Counted from the stretch's first letter, positions 53,708-64,000 are shown. The stretch: 64,000 bases of DNA from an uncultured delta proteobacterium (GCA_963806225.1 CAWDXG010000001.1:1728001-1792000); one strand, 5' to 3'. The notes: a model not told the origin generated them from the sequence alone. Translations and numbers: made by a program.

Positions 53708-54706
53708 TCAGCCGCTGGCCCACACCAGCAGTTGTTGCGCGATGTGTTTCGGGGGCAGTGCGAAATCCGCGCTGCCGTTTTCGAGCGCCGCGCTGGGCAT
53801 GCTTCCGACCGTCGACGATTCATTGTCCTGGGTCAGCGTTGCCGCTCCGGCGAGCCGCATGGCCCGGAGCCCCAGCATGCCGTCCTGGCCCATCCCGGAG
53901 AGCACGATCCCGAACAGCGAGAAATGTCTGAGGTTTGCGGCGCTCTCGAGCAGCCGATCCACCGAGGGGACGGCCCGCCTTCCGGGCGGCGCGACATTCT
54001 CGAGCACGCCGCCAGGGCGCAACACGAGGTCGAATCCGCCGCGCGGGATGTAGATCCGTCCCGCGCGCGCCGTATTGCCGTCCTCGGCGACCTCGGCCTC
54101 GAATTTCGTGACCTCCGATAGCCAGCGCGCGAACGCGGCATCGTAGTCATGGGGCATGTGCTGCGCGATCACGATGGCCGCGGGAAAATCCGCGGGCAGC
54201 GGGGCCAGGAGCTCGGACAGCGCCGCGGGGCCGCCGGTCGAAGCGCCGATCGCCACCAGACGCCGGCCAGCGGCGGCCGGGGTGGGCGGAATGGACCCGG
54301 AAGCCAAGCGCTGACGCGTCGGCGACGGAGAAAATCGTCGTACGACGCGCACCTCCGACATCAGCTTCAGCGATTCGACGAGCCGCGCGGGGGACGAGTC
54401 CGCGATCATCCCTTCGACCGCGCCGGCGGCCATGGCGGCCACGACGCCCGCTGTCGACTGCGCCAACACCACGACCGGGATGCGGACGGAGTGCATGAGC
54501 GACTTGACGAGCCCGGGCGCGAGCGCGTCGTCCGCCACCAGTAGGAGCACACGCGCGGAGCGGGTAGAAACAGCCCTGGCCGCCGCGTCAACGTCGGTCA
54601 TCTCGCGAACGACCATGATCTCCCCGGAAGCTTCGAGCCGGGCCGCCAGATCGCTCTGCCGATGCCGGGTCGCCTGGATGACCACGACGGGAACTGGACC
54701 GTTCAT
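53708..54706 (-). CDS. cheB: CheB methylesterase (degenerate N-terminal receiver)
   Basis: IGASTGGP, QHMP, PSVDRL and LSGMGQDG catalytic motifs. Confidence 0.92.
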   Translation of the reverse strand: MNGPVPVVVIQATRHRQSDLAARLEASGEIMVVREMTDVDAAARAVSTRSARVLLLVADDALAPGLVKSLMHSVRIPVVVLAQSTAGVVAAMAAGAVEGMIADSSPARLVESLKLMSEVRVVRRFSPSPTRQRLASGSIPPTPAAAGRRLVAIGASTGGPAALSELLAPLPADFPAAIVIAQHMPHDYDAAFARWLSEVTKFEAEVAEDGNTARAGRIYIPRGGFDLVLRPGGVLENVAPPGRRAVPSVDRLLESAANLRHFSLFGIVLSGMGQDGMLGLRAMRLAGAATLTQDNESSTVGSMPSAALENGSADFALPPKHIAQQLLVWASG

Positions 54707-56841
54707 GGTTGCTCCGCGAGCAGACGGGCGATCGTGTCCAGCAGCTCGTCCTGATCGAAACGTCCCTTCACGATGTAGGCCTGGGCTCCAGCGGCGAGGC
54801 CGCGCTGGCGGTCGCTCCCCTCGTCCCGCGAGGTGACCAGGATCACCGGCAGGGACTCGAGCCCGCTCTCATTTCGCATGGCCCGTACCATGCTGATCCC
54901 GTCGAGCCTCGGCATGTCAACGTCGGCTACGACCAGATCGAAACGGTTGGCGCGCATCATGCCGAGCGCTTCCTGGCCGTCGTTGGCCAGCCGCACGCCG
55001 TAGCCGGCGCGTTCGAGGATGTGGCGTTCGAGCGTCCGCGTCGTGATCGAGTCGTCGACGACCAGGATGGTGCGCTGGCTCCGGCGTTTCGAGCGTTCGA
55101 CCGGCGCCGTCACGACGCCGAGTTGGAGCACTTCCGCACAGGCCAGCACGAGTACCACGGCCCCGGACTCCGCGAGCGTCGTGCCGACCACCCCCGGGAC
55201 GTGCCGCACGGGCGGGCCGAGCGGGCGCACGACGATCTCTTCCTCGCCGAGGATCTCGTCGACCAGGACGGCGACGCGACCGTTGGGCATGGCCACGATC
55301 ACGATGCAGGACTTCCCCTCGAGCGCGGCAACGCCGGCCGATGTGCTGGCGAGCCGGTGCACGATGGCGGGCTTGCCGGCGACGTTGACGTACAGCTTGT
55401 TGTCCAGAGTGAACAGATCCTGCGCGTCGACGCGCGCGGTGCTCAACACGCCGCTCAGAGGCAGCGCGAAGCCGTGCCCACCCGCATGCACGAAGAGTAC
55501 GCGCGTGGTGACCATGGACACCGGGACCGTGAGCGTGAAGCGGGTGTAGCGTCCGGGGACCGACTCCAGCTTGACCGCACCGCCGAGCTCGCGAACTGCA
55601 CGGTGCACCACGTCGAGCCCGATGCCGCGCCCGGACAGCTCGCTCACCGACTCGCGCGTGGAAAACCCTGGATGGGCGAGCAGGCCGAGGATCTCGTCGA
55701 GGCCGAGTGACTCGACGTTGTCCGGATCGACGAGCCCGCGCGAGACGGCCTGCCGTTTGACCTGCTCCACATCGACGCCGCCGCCGTCGTCCTCCAGGAC
55801 GATGTCGATGAGCTCGCCACGGGAGCGCACGGCGATCCGGATGGTTCCGTAGGCAGGCTTGCCAGCGGCCGCCCGCACGGCGGAGGGCTCGATACCGTGG
55901 TCGACGGCGTTGCGGACGAGATGGATCAAGGGCGCGCGGAGCGTCTGGAGCACACGACGGTCGACCTGGATCCCCGCAGCGGCCAGACTGAGCCCTGCCT
56001 CCTTGTTCGTGCGCACGGCCGCGTCGCGAACGGCGAGCAGCAGCGAGCTTTCCAGTGAGGACAGCGAGACCAGCCGCATGCTGTGGATGTGGTCCTCCAG
56101 CGTGGCCAGGGCCTGTCCCGTGCGCCGGGCGTCGCGTCGTAGCAGCGCGGTTTCGCCGTCGAGATCGGTGGCGAGCGACCTGAGCCGGGCCACGTCGTCC
56201 ACGTCGAGCTGTCCCGACGAAGCGCGTTGGGACAGCTCACTCGCGAGCTCGCCGAGCTGCTGCAGCCGGTCCGTGCGGAAGCGCCCTTCCGTGCGCGCGA
56301 CCACCAGCATCGTGAGCGGCGACAGGACCTTTTCCAGCAGGCCGCCCGAGACGCGGACCACCTCTTCGTTCGCTGCCCACGACTTCCTCGCCGGTGTCTC
56401 GAGCTGCGTGCGGCTGGAGCTCGCCGCCACGGTCGGCTCCACGGGCTGGGGAGGGGGCGGCGGCGGCTGGCTCGCTCCCAGCCGGGCGAGGACCTCTCCA
56501 GGGTCGGCTGCGTTGCTGTCGGCGGCGTCCTGCAACCACGAGACGGCCATAACCAGCCCGGAGACGGTCGCGTCCGGGAAGGAGCCTTCCTCCATGATGC
56601 CGCGCGCGAGGAACGTCTCGGCAGCGTGTGCCACCTTCGCGACGTCGCCGATCGAAAGGCTGTTGGCCGCCCCTTTGATGTTGTGGAACCGGCGCTTGAT
56701 GACGTTGGACAGGGAAGCTGCCCGGTCCGGCTCGGCGCCGTTCTCGACCTCGCCGAGCGCCTTCGAGATGAGCTGCACGGACTCGCGCAGCTCCTCGCGG
56801 AACATCGCAGTCAGCTCGGGAGGCAGGGCGCTGTCGGCCAT
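54703..56841 (-). CDS. cheA: Hybrid CheA-receiver (WspE/FrzE-like)
   Basis: Hpt FHNIKG; HLVRNAVDHGIE; GFST; GRGIGLDVV; CheW domain; REC VVDDS...DVDMP. Confidence 0.95.
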   Translation of the reverse strand: MADSALPPELTAMFREELRESVQLISKALGEVENGAEPDRAASLSNVIKRRFHNIKGAANSLSIGDVAKVAHAAETFLARGIMEEGSFPDATVSGLVMAVSWLQDAADSNAADPGEVLARLGASQPPPPPPQPVEPTVAASSSRTQLETPARKSWAANEEVVRVSGGLLEKVLSPLTMLVVARTEGRFRTDRLQQLGELASELSQRASSGQLDVDDVARLRSLATDLDGETALLRRDARRTGQALATLEDHIHSMRLVSLSSLESSLLLAVRDAAVRTNKEAGLSLAAAGIQVDRRVLQTLRAPLIHLVRNAVDHGIEPSAVRAAAGKPAYGTIRIAVRSRGELIDIVLEDDGGGVDVEQVKRQAVSRGLVDPDNVESLGLDEILGLLAHPGFSTRESVSELSGRGIGLDVVHRAVRELGGAVKLESVPGRYTRFTLTVPVSMVTTRVLFVHAGGHGFALPLSGVLSTARVDAQDLFTLDNKLYVNVAGKPAIVHRLASTSAGVAALEGKSCIVIVAMPNGRVAVLVDEILGEEEIVVRPLGPPVRHVPGVVGTTLAESGAVVLVLACAEVLQLGVVTAPVERSKRRSQRTILVVDDSITTRTLERHILERAGYGVRLANDGQEALGMMRANRFDLVVADVDMPRLDGISMVRAMRNESGLESLPVILVTSRDEGSDRQRGLAAGAQAYIVKGRFDQDELLDTIARLLAEQP

Positions 56842-56847
56842 CGGCGA

Positions 56848-58110
56848 TCAGATCGCGTAGCGTGAGACCAGATCCCGCATCCGCCCGGCGAGCGCGCCGA
56901 GCTCCCGCGACGCCGCCTCGGTGCTGCGGGTGCCCTCGGCAGTGTCCTTCGAAGCGAGCTGGATATCGCGCATGGATGCGGACACCTGGTCGATGCCGAT
57001 CGCCTGCTGTCGCGAGAGCGCGGCGATCTGTCGCGCGGACTGCACCGCCTCGGAGATGATGTTGGCCAGCGTGGAGAGCGTATCGCCCGTTTCCCGCGCG
57101 ATCGCCAGGCCGACCTCGGCCTGCTTGGTGCCTTCCTCGGTGACCATGACGGAGCTGTTCGTGGCCCGCTGGATGTCGGTGATGATGGTGCGCACCTGCC
57201 GCGTGGCCTGCTTGGACTGTTCGGCCAGGTTGCGCACCTCGCTGGCGACGACCGCGAAGCCGCGCCCGTGTTCTCCCGCCTTGGCGGCTTCGATCGCGGC
57301 GTTGATGGCGAGCAGGTTGGACTGCTCCGCCAGCTCGCTGACCGTCGCTACGATCTCGCCGATCTTCTGCGTCTTGTCGCTGAGCTCGAGAATGCTGCTG
57401 GCGATGGTCTGGACGCGCTCGCGCAGCGTCGTCATGCCGTCGATGGTGTCCTCGACCTGTTTCTGTCCGGATTCGTAGGAGCGCTGGGCTTGCTCGGTCG
57501 TCCCGATCACTGCCTGCGCGCGTTCGGCCGCTTGCTCGGCTGTCTGTCTGAGCTCTTCGGTGGTCGTGCTGATCTCGGCGACCGCCGCCGCCTGCTGGGC
57601 GGCACCGCTGCTTTGCTGTGCGGAGGTCGTGAGCAGGGTGGCACTGGATCCGCCGATGGCCTCCGTTGCCTGGAAGATCTGCTTGCTCATGTCGTGGAGG
57701 CTTTCGGCCATGCCGTCGAGCTGCTTTCCGAGGCGTTTGACTTCCTTGTCCGCGTACCGGCTCGTCCCGTGGCCCAGCCGCATGGTGAGCGTGCCTCGTC
57801 CGATCTGATCGGCGAAGTCGCTGTATGCGTGGAAGGCCTGCTGCAGCTCCTTCCGTTTCTCGCGTTCTGTCTGCTCCTGCAACATGAGCTGTTGCACGAC
57901 GGTGAAGCGGACCGACACTGCTGCGACGGCCGCCATGATGAGCCCCGCACCGATGCACGCGGCGCTGAACGCGACCCCCATGTCGGCCTTCACCACCACG
58001 AAGAATGCGGCGAACCAGGGAAAAATCAGGCCGATAAGCACCCCGGCGCCACCGAAACCCAGATACAGGTTCCGGTACGACCGGACTGGCGTCCCAGCGT
58101 CTTCGTTCAT
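56848..58110 (-). CDS. Methyl-accepting chemotaxis protein (2 TM, no periplasmic domain)
   Basis: [35 protein letters not shown] hairpin tip. Confidence 0.96.
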   Translation of the reverse strand: MNEDAGTPVRSYRNLYLGFGGAGVLIGLIFPWFAAFFVVVKADMGVAFSAACIGAGLIMAAVAAVSVRFTVVQQLMLQEQTEREKRKELQQAFHAYSDFADQIGRGTLTMRLGHGTSRYADKEVKRLGKQLDGMAESLHDMSKQIFQATEAIGGSSATLLTTSAQQSSGAAQQAAAVAEISTTTEELRQTAEQAAERAQAVIGTTEQAQRSYESGQKQVEDTIDGMTTLRERVQTIASSILELSDKTQKIGEIVATVSELAEQSNLLAINAAIEAAKAGEHGRGFAVVASEVRNLAEQSKQATRQVRTIITDIQRATNSSVMVTEEGTKQAEVGLAIARETGDTLSTLANIISEAVQSARQIAALSRQQAIGIDQVSASMRDIQLASKDTAEGTRSTEAASRELGALAGRMRDLVSRYAI

Positions 58111-58628
58111 GGCTCCTCTTCTCCAGTTTCGAGCTGCATCAGATCGTTGACGAGCGTGGCAAGTCTCAGCACACCGATACCCTGTGATGCGACCACGCCT
58201 TCCACGTAGCGCGAGGCCGCTTCGGAAAGGCCAGGCGGTACGCTCTCGAGACGCTTCGCCGGTATCGGAATGACGTTCTCGTAGCCGGACACTCCAAGCC
58301 CGAACGAGCCGGAGTCGACTTCGATGAGCAGTGCCGCGGCCGGCGGTTCCGGCGCCTCGCCGAGCAGCGCTCCAAGATGGACGATGGTAACGACGTGCCC
58401 CTGGATCTGCGTCAGGCCGGCGACGACGTCAGGCGCGCCGGGCAATGGCGTTAGTGACTCGAGCCCCATGACCGCACCCAGACCCACCAGAGGCACGGCA
58501 TAGCGCGCGTTTCCGACCCGCACGACCAGCGCTTCACCTCGCTGTTCCGATGACTGCGTCTGCTCGCGCGCGAGGTCGTGCGCACGCTGTCGCAGGATTC
58601 GCTCGACTCCGGCTTCGTCCGGGGTCAC
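58107..58628 (-). CDS. cheW: CheW (WspD-like)
   Basis: [11 protein letters not shown]-extension; YAVPL..., [12 protein letters not shown]...G.V; 4-nt overlaps with both neighbours. Confidence 0.88.
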   Translation of the reverse strand: MTPDEAGVERILRQRAHDLAREQTQSSEQRGEALVVRVGNARYAVPLVGLGAVMGLESLTPLPGAPDVVAGLTQIQGHVVTIVHLGALLGEAPEPPAAALLIEVDSGSFGLGVSGYENVIPIPAKRLESVPPGLSEAASRYVEGVVASQGIGVLRLATLVNDLMQLETGEEEP

Positions 58629-59866
58629 GTGGAAGTCCTCGCGCGATGGGCATGAAGGACACGGGCGAGGACCTGCACGAGCTCTCCGACCGTGATGCCA
58701 CCGCCGCAGGAAACGGGCTGTGCCGCGTCGGCCTCGCCGAGCGCAACTAGCGACTGCCGGTAGTACTGCTCGGCCGCGTCGTCCTCGCCGCGCGATTCCA
58801 GGATCGAACCGACGAGGTAGTGCGCCATGGCGATGTCCGGTTCGGCGACGATCACGGCGTGCAGGCGACGCAGCGCGCCGTCCTGATCTCCGCTCTCGAG
58901 CGCGGCGAGGGCTTCGGCCACGTGCGCTTCCGGGCTCGACGGTGGCGGCGCAGCGGGATGCTCGGGCCAGTGGATTCCGGTCTTCCGCACCCCGCGCGGC
59001 CGGGGCCGCGCGCGAGCGGGTCTGTCCGGCGGCAGCGGTCGGCTGGCTTGATGCGGGGATGGCGGCGCGACGGTCGTGCCGCGCCTGCGCCGGAACACGG
59101 TTACCCCGCTCTGGGCGACTGTCTCGAACCCGGACGGCGGCGTTGTGGGGCTCTCGGCTGGCCCCAGCAACAGATAGCCGCCGGGCCTCACCGCCAGCGC
59201 CAAGAGCTCGATCGCACGGGCAACCATCGCCGCGTCGAAGTAGATGAGCACGTTGCGGCACGAGACGACATCGAACGGCGCCGCCTCGGGAGAACCTTCC
59301 AGCAGGTTGTGGCGGCGGTAGCTCACCAGAGCCCGGAGCGCTCTGAAAGCTTCATAGCGGCCATCACGCTCGACGAAGTGCGCGGCTCTGACCTCGGGGG
59401 ACACGCCGCGGAACGACCACATCGTGTAGCCGGAGTTGGCCTTCTTCAGCATCCCGCGGTGGAGATCCGTGCCCAACACGCTCAAACGCGTGCCAGGCGA
59501 GCTCGCCAGTGCGTCGCGCAGCACCGCGGCGATGGACAGCGCCTCCTCCCCGGAGGAACACCCGGCGACCCAGACGCGCAGGGACGGTCGCGGGTTCTCG
59601 GCGAGGGATTGGGTGACGAGGGCCTGGAGCGCGAGGAGCTGTTCGGCGTGACGGAAGAAATACGTTTCGTTGTTGGTCGCGCACTCGGCGAGCTCGCGCA
59701 GGCGCGCGGGGCTCCGCAGCACATCGTTCGCAGCGCGTTCAACGTCCTGATCGACTGCGCTCAGACAATCGAACAAGGCGGGCATGCGATGCCCGCCCAG
59801 GTCGAGTCCATACATCTCGCGGATCACGCCGATGAGACGCGCGGAGGGTGCCAGATGGGCTGTCAT
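58625..59866 (-). CDS. cheR: CheR methyltransferase with C-terminal TPR (WspC/FrzF-like)
   Basis: NETYFFR, WVAGCSSGEEA, GTDL, HNLL, CRNVLIYF; TPR AMAHYLVG. Confidence 0.93.
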   Translation of the reverse strand: MTAHLAPSARLIGVIREMYGLDLGGHRMPALFDCLSAVDQDVERAANDVLRSPARLRELAECATNNETYFFRHAEQLLALQALVTQSLAENPRPSLRVWVAGCSSGEEALSIAAVLRDALASSPGTRLSVLGTDLHRGMLKKANSGYTMWSFRGVSPEVRAAHFVERDGRYEAFRALRALVSYRRHNLLEGSPEAAPFDVVSCRNVLIYFDAAMVARAIELLALAVRPGGYLLLGPAESPTTPPSGFETVAQSGVTVFRRRRGTTVAPPSPHQASRPLPPDRPARARPRPRGVRKTGIHWPEHPAAPPPSSPEAHVAEALAALESGDQDGALRRLHAVIVAEPDIAMAHYLVGSILESRGEDDAAEQYYRQSLVALGEADAAQPVSCGGGITVGELVQVLARVLHAHRARTST

Positions 59867-60315
59867 CGCGGTGGTACGGGGCCTGTGCGCGTGTGCGCGA
59901 TGAAGTCCTGCACGTCGGCCCAAAGCATCTCGGCCACGTCGACGACCGTCGTCAGACCCTGCCCGTCGTCGAAGTGGCCGAGCACGAAGCCGGGTGATGC
60001 CGCCCCCGACGGGGCGGGTTCCGGCGAGGCCTCGACCAGGCTCTCCACGCCGTCGACAATCAGCGCGACCTGATCCGCGTCGAGCCGTACGACAACCAGG
60101 AAGCTGTCGATCCCGGGCTCGCTGCCCTCGCCACACAGCCGGAAGGCCGGATCCACGACCGCGATGCAACCGCCCCGGAAATTGATGATGCCGCGGACAT
60201 CGGCAGGCGTCTCGGTCACCTGGGTGACCCACGGCATGCGCACGACCTCGTCCACCTTCTCGACATCGAAAGCGAACCTCTCGCCATGGATCCTGCAGAG
60301 GAGGTAGGTCTGCAT
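59863..60315 (-). CDS. cheW: CheW (WspB-like)
   Basis: FAFDV..V.EVV...T.V.ETP..VRGIINFRG...VVD; ALIVDGV. Confidence 0.9.
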   Translation of the reverse strand: MQTYLLCRIHGERFAFDVEKVDEVVRMPWVTQVTETPADVRGIINFRGGCIAVVDPAFRLCGEGSEPGIDSFLVVVRLDADQVALIVDGVESLVEASPEPAPSGAASPGFVLGHFDDGQGLTTVVDVAEMLWADVQDFIAHTRTGPVPPR

Positions 60316-60430
60316 CGACAGTGCACGCGGGAACGCAACAGCTTATCCCGGCCGGGCGGCTTCCGCCAACCGCCGCGACTTTGCGGGTCTGGAGCTCCGC
60401 TTGGGGCTCCGGGGAGAGTATACTGCGAGA

Positions 60431-60826
60431 ATGCCCCTCATCCTGCTCGTGGATGACAGCAAGACGATGCGCCTGGTTCTCCGGACGCACCTTGCGGGCA
60501 TGGAGTGCGATTTCGTCGAGGCGGAAAGCGGCCGTGGTGCCCTGGATCTCCTGGCCGGGCCAGACTCGATCGATCTCGTCATAAGCGACGTCCGTATGGA
60601 TGACATCGACGGCATCGAGCTCGTCCGGGCCATCCGCCAGCGCGAGGACTTCGGCACGCGGGTGGGCGTCGTGCTGATAAGTGGAGAGCACTCGGGCACG
60701 GTGCGGGCCCGGAGCTTCCTCGCCGGAGCGGATGACTTCCTGGAAAAGCCCATCGACCCGTATCAGCTCCGGCGACTCGTCAAGGAGCTCCTGGCAACGC
60801 CACCCGCGTCCGGCGAGGCCGGGTAG
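60431..60826 (+). CDS. Single-domain response regulator (CheY-like)
   Basis: LVDDS, ISDVRM, LISG, GADDFLEKP; divergent from the che cluster. Confidence 0.9.
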   Translation: MPLILLVDDSKTMRLVLRTHLAGMECDFVEAESGRGALDLLAGPDSIDLVISDVRMDDIDGIELVRAIRQREDFGTRVGVVLISGEHSGTVRARSFLAGADDFLEKPIDPYQLRRLVKELLATPPASGEAG

Positions 60827-60835
60827 GGCGCGGCG

Positions 60836-61594
60836 TCAGAACGTCTGGTTCGCGTATCGGAACAGCAGGTAGGTGGGATTCGGCGCTGTCGGGTCCGGGA
60901 CGATGGCGCCATCGGGGTAGTTGTCGTTGCGGTGGACCTGGTGGGCGCTGCTTGGCTCGCTGCCGTCGGAGTACGCATACACGGACACCTTCGAGCCGAT
61001 CGTCATGTGGTTGCAGATGAACGCGACGCCCCCGTCGAGCGTGACGCTCTTGAAGTCCGCGCTGTGCACGCCGAGGTACGACGGGTAGTCGAGAGCGACG
61101 TTCTGGTGCCAGCCCTCGGCCCAGGCCGGGCCGAGCAGCGCTGCGCTCGCTGTCTTGACAGCCACGCCGTTGACGGACACGACCAGCCGCTGCACCTGCC
61201 CCTGGATCGACAGCTCCAGCACGACGTGGGTGCTGTTTGGCATGGCGCACTGTTGATCCACCGGACGCACCAGCGCGACCAGCGTTCCATCGGCGCGACC
61301 GTCGCTCTTGGTGAACAACGAGCCGAACGAGCTCGCGCAGTTCTTCGCCTTCTCGTCGCAGCTAACCGGCGCGGCATCGGCCTCCGGCGAGGCGTCGGAA
61401 ACCGGCGAGGCGTCGGCCTCCGGCGAGGCATCGGAAACCGATGCCTCGGCGCTCGAGTCGGTCGCTGCGGCGTCGTGCTTTGGGTGGGGGGCAGCCGACG
61501 ACGGCGTCGAGCCACAGCCGGCGCTTCCGAGCGGCACCAGACACAGAAGGCCGAGCAATCGGCGCTGGATCGTCACGGCGCTGGAACGTACCAC
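60836..61594 (-). CDS. Hypothetical lipoprotein with SDASPEADA linker repeat
   Basis: SAGC lipobox; duplicated 36-bp linker; beta-rich C-terminal domain. Confidence 0.75.
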   Translation of the reverse strand: MVRSSAVTIQRRLLGLLCLVPLGSAGCGSTPSSAAPHPKHDAAATDSSAEASVSDASPEADASPVSDASPEADAAPVSCDEKAKNCASSFGSLFTKSDGRADGTLVALVRPVDQQCAMPNSTHVVLELSIQGQVQRLVVSVNGVAVKTASAALLGPAWAEGWHQNVALDYPSYLGVHSADFKSVTLDGGVAFICNHMTIGSKVSVYAYSDGSEPSSAHQVHRNDNYPDGAIVPDPTAPNPTYLLFRYANQTF

Positions 61595-61672
61595 GGGCGT
61601 CGGCGTGGACGTTGCCGGATCCGCGCAGCCCGGCCGTGGGAGCCCGGAACGCCCACGGCGGGCGAGAGAGGG

Positions 61673-63526
61673 CTACTTGATGGTTGGAATCACGACGTCG
61701 TTGATCGGCGCGACGCCCGCGCCCGCCGGATAGGCGTAGCTCACGTACTGCGTGTAGAAACCGCTGGCGAACGTGCCCGTTTCGGCAGAACCCCAGCCCC
61801 ACACGGTGACGCCGAAGGAGCTCGTACTGCTGATGACGTGGCGGCCGTTGTCGCAGCCGTTCTGCCCCTGGAAGTTGTGTCGCGAAAGATCGAAGCGCGT
61901 GTATTCGTACTTCCCGGATTTCCCGACCGGTTGCCAGCCCGTGAGATTGCCTGCGCAGTCGAGCTTCACGTCGGCAAAGCCCTTGTTGCCCTTGATACGG
62001 ACGATCACGAGGTCCGTCTCGGGATAGGTCGGATCGGCGAAGAAGATGTACTTCTGCAGGTATTCGCCGGGCGGGATCACGTTCACGAACTCGGCGTCGC
62101 CGCGCCCGTCGCTGTTGCCCTGTGGATCCGGATCGTACAGGCCGCCTCCGGTCATGTGCGCCGACATGTAGAACGGGTGCTTTTCGTCCTGGCTCCGGAC
62201 CACGAACGGGCCGGGATCGTTGAAGGTGACGAGCTGCCCGCGCTTCAGGGTCGAGGGCGCGCCGGCGGGCGGCGCGGGATCGTAGGCGAGCTTCGTCCCG
62301 TCGACGGCGCCGATCAGCCGCCACGGCGGCGATTCCTCCTTGCCGTCGTAGCGGTTTCTGTAGCGGATGGCGACGTACTCGCTGCCGAGTGCCTTGACCG
62401 GCGGGATCTGCTGGTGCGCGCTGTCGTCGCAGCAGGCTTCGATGCCGAGCGACGTCTTGCCGCCCCAGACGCCGACCGGCGCGCTGGACTGGATGACGCT
62501 GCCGGCGAGCTCCTTGCCCTGGGTGAACTGGAGCACCTGGCCCTTGTCGATGCTGTAGATGGTTTCCTGCCCCGCGGGGCCAGGGGCTACGCCGTTGCCT
62601 CCGATGATGGGCACCGTCGGGTTGACCTTCACCTTGGTGCCGTCCTTTTGGGCGACGACCTCCACGAAGGGGCTCGAGCCGAACGTGCCGAGCGAGATGC
62701 CCGCTCCGAACGCGTCCACCGCGATATAATTGCTGTCCCAGGCCGACGTGGGAATGAGCAGCGTGGCGCTGGTGATGGCGCTCTGCCCGCCGCCATAGGG
62801 GTAGATGTCGTAGGCCGTGATGGGCGCGGAGGTGATGATGTGGAAAGCGTTGCCGATGCTGGTGCCATGCGCGGCGGCGTCGACGTTCAGCATCTTGTTG
62901 ACGCCCGCTGGGCACTTGAAGTTCAGGCCGGGGCTGAACGGATTGGGCTTCTGGCTCAAGAACAGGATCGCGACCTGCCCCGCAGGAATGGCGTTGCCGG
63001 CGAGCGGCTTGTACTGGATGGACGCGCCGGTGCCGCTCGGGATGTAGCCGAACTGGGACACGTCGTACTGCTGGCCGCCGTACTCGATCAGCACGTTGAC
63101 CGGCGTGCTCCACGTGTTGACGACGTAGGCGGCGAAGCATGCGCCGGTGCCGTCGGAGCTGATGTCGGGCTCGACCGAGTAGTAGTCGCAGCCGATCGTG
63201 CTCTTGTTGGCGACGGCGCTGTCGCAGGCCTTGACGCACTTTCCACCGGGAACGCAGCCCTGGTCGCTGGGGCACGTCTTGAGCACGTTGCCGTCGCAGT
63301 CGACGTAGGTGTGCAGATCGCTCGAACAGTGCGGCCCCGTGCAGTTGCCGGTATTGCCCAGCGCACCGAAGCCGCCGCTGCCGCCCGTGGCGCCGAGGCC
63401 GCCCGTCCCCGATCCCCCGGAGCCGCCGCCGCCGGAGTGATCGCTGCTTCCGGAAGCCGAGCAGCCGACGGCTAGAGCCAGAGCGAGCGCGGTGACAGTT
63501 CCAAGCAGCGTGCGCAACACCGACAT
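61673..63526 (-). CDS. IgGFc-binding-domain lipoprotein
   Basis: AVGC lipobox; IGCDYY, AFHIITSAPI.AY..PYGG, SATLLIP, QIPPVKALG.EY, SYAYPAG. Confidence 0.85.
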   Translation of the reverse strand: MSVLRTLLGTVTALALALAVGCSASGSSDHSGGGGSGGSGTGGLGATGGSGGFGALGNTGNCTGPHCSSDLHTYVDCDGNVLKTCPSDQGCVPGGKCVKACDSAVANKSTIGCDYYSVEPDISSDGTGACFAAYVVNTWSTPVNVLIEYGGQQYDVSQFGYIPSGTGASIQYKPLAGNAIPAGQVAILFLSQKPNPFSPGLNFKCPAGVNKMLNVDAAAHGTSIGNAFHIITSAPITAYDIYPYGGGQSAITSATLLIPTSAWDSNYIAVDAFGAGISLGTFGSSPFVEVVAQKDGTKVKVNPTVPIIGGNGVAPGPAGQETIYSIDKGQVLQFTQGKELAGSVIQSSAPVGVWGGKTSLGIEACCDDSAHQQIPPVKALGSEYVAIRYRNRYDGKEESPPWRLIGAVDGTKLAYDPAPPAGAPSTLKRGQLVTFNDPGPFVVRSQDEKHPFYMSAHMTGGGLYDPDPQGNSDGRGDAEFVNVIPPGEYLQKYIFFADPTYPETDLVIVRIKGNKGFADVKLDCAGNLTGWQPVGKSGKYEYTRFDLSRHNFQGQNGCDNGRHVISSTSSFGVTVWGWGSAETGTFASGFYTQYVSYAYPAGAGVAPINDVVIPTIK

Positions 63527-63791
63527 AAGACCCTCCAGCGCGCTCGAGGCCGCGCGCGCCACGCATTACGCCACGCAGATACCTGCCAGTCCATGATTAT
63601 TTCGGCGGGCCGGCCGGGTCGCGCACGTCGTAGCGACGCGTCGCGTTGTTTCAGGAAAGGCAGCGCCTACGGCTTCGTCGCGGTGACGCGCAGCGTGGCG
63701 CGGAATCGTGACGGTTCACTGCCGGAGGGGTTCGTGGTGTCGCACGTGCCCGCGGGTTGACGCGTACGGCAGGTCGAGTCACGAGCCGCGC

Positions 63792-64000
63792 ATGCGCGGG
63801 TGGCCGATCGCGATGGCAGTTCTGGCTCTGGCCTGCGGCGGAGCGCAGGCTTCCCCCGTGACGCCCAGAGCGCCCGCGGCGCCCACGCGCGCTGCCCCGG
63901 TCGCGTCCACGGCGGTGTCGCCCGGGCCTGCGCCGGCGCCGATTCTCGATCCGCGGGCGCCGCTGCCCGATGGGGCGCATGCGCGCTGCGGTACGTCGCG
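63792..64000 (+). CDS. Partial lipoprotein, probably WD40-repeat type (runs off the window)
   Basis: MRGWPIAMAVLALAC signal; DP..PLPDGA.ARCG motif like the PLP.GA.ARLG lead-in of bacterial WD40 proteins. Confidence 0.5.
   Translation, partial: MRGWPIAMAVLALACGGAQASPVTPRAPAAPTRAAPVASTAVSPGPAPAPILDPRAPLPDGAHARCGTS

Overview
High-GC (roughly 70% by eye) chromosome segment whose gene content points to a myxobacterium, probably Polyangiaceae/Sorangiineae-like (Hanks-type Ser/Thr kinases, Cys-rich lipoproteins with Gly-rich linkers, tgl-like gene, IgGFc-binding-like protein). A tRNA-Pro(GGG) at 31714-31791 splits the window. The left ~31.7 kb is accessory: secreted Cys-rich lipoproteins, two Ser/Thr kinases, a hybrid histidine kinase, many gene remnants (LuxR HTH, RCC1 repeats, nucleotidyltransferase, ExbD) and a 72-bp tandem array built around a perfect 20-bp palindrome. 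The right half carries apparently intact genes: PP2C-cNMP, tsaB-crp-tgl-rodZ-like-recO-ompA, GH43, rhlE/RRM, a sigma54-preceded aldehyde dehydrogenase-DUF779 pair, and a Wsp-like chemosensory cluster. The best candidate for a new system is a three-gene MNIO (DUF692)/DUF2063 RiPP operon whose precursor is a predicted lipoprotein with two K-x-S-C-x-x-M-G cores. Next best are a Wsp-like chemosensory cluster with a Ser/Thr kinase-pseudoreceiver in the wspR position, and a ligand-less ferritin-like/HTH fusion behind a Fur-like box. All family calls come from motif recognition by eye; no searches were run.
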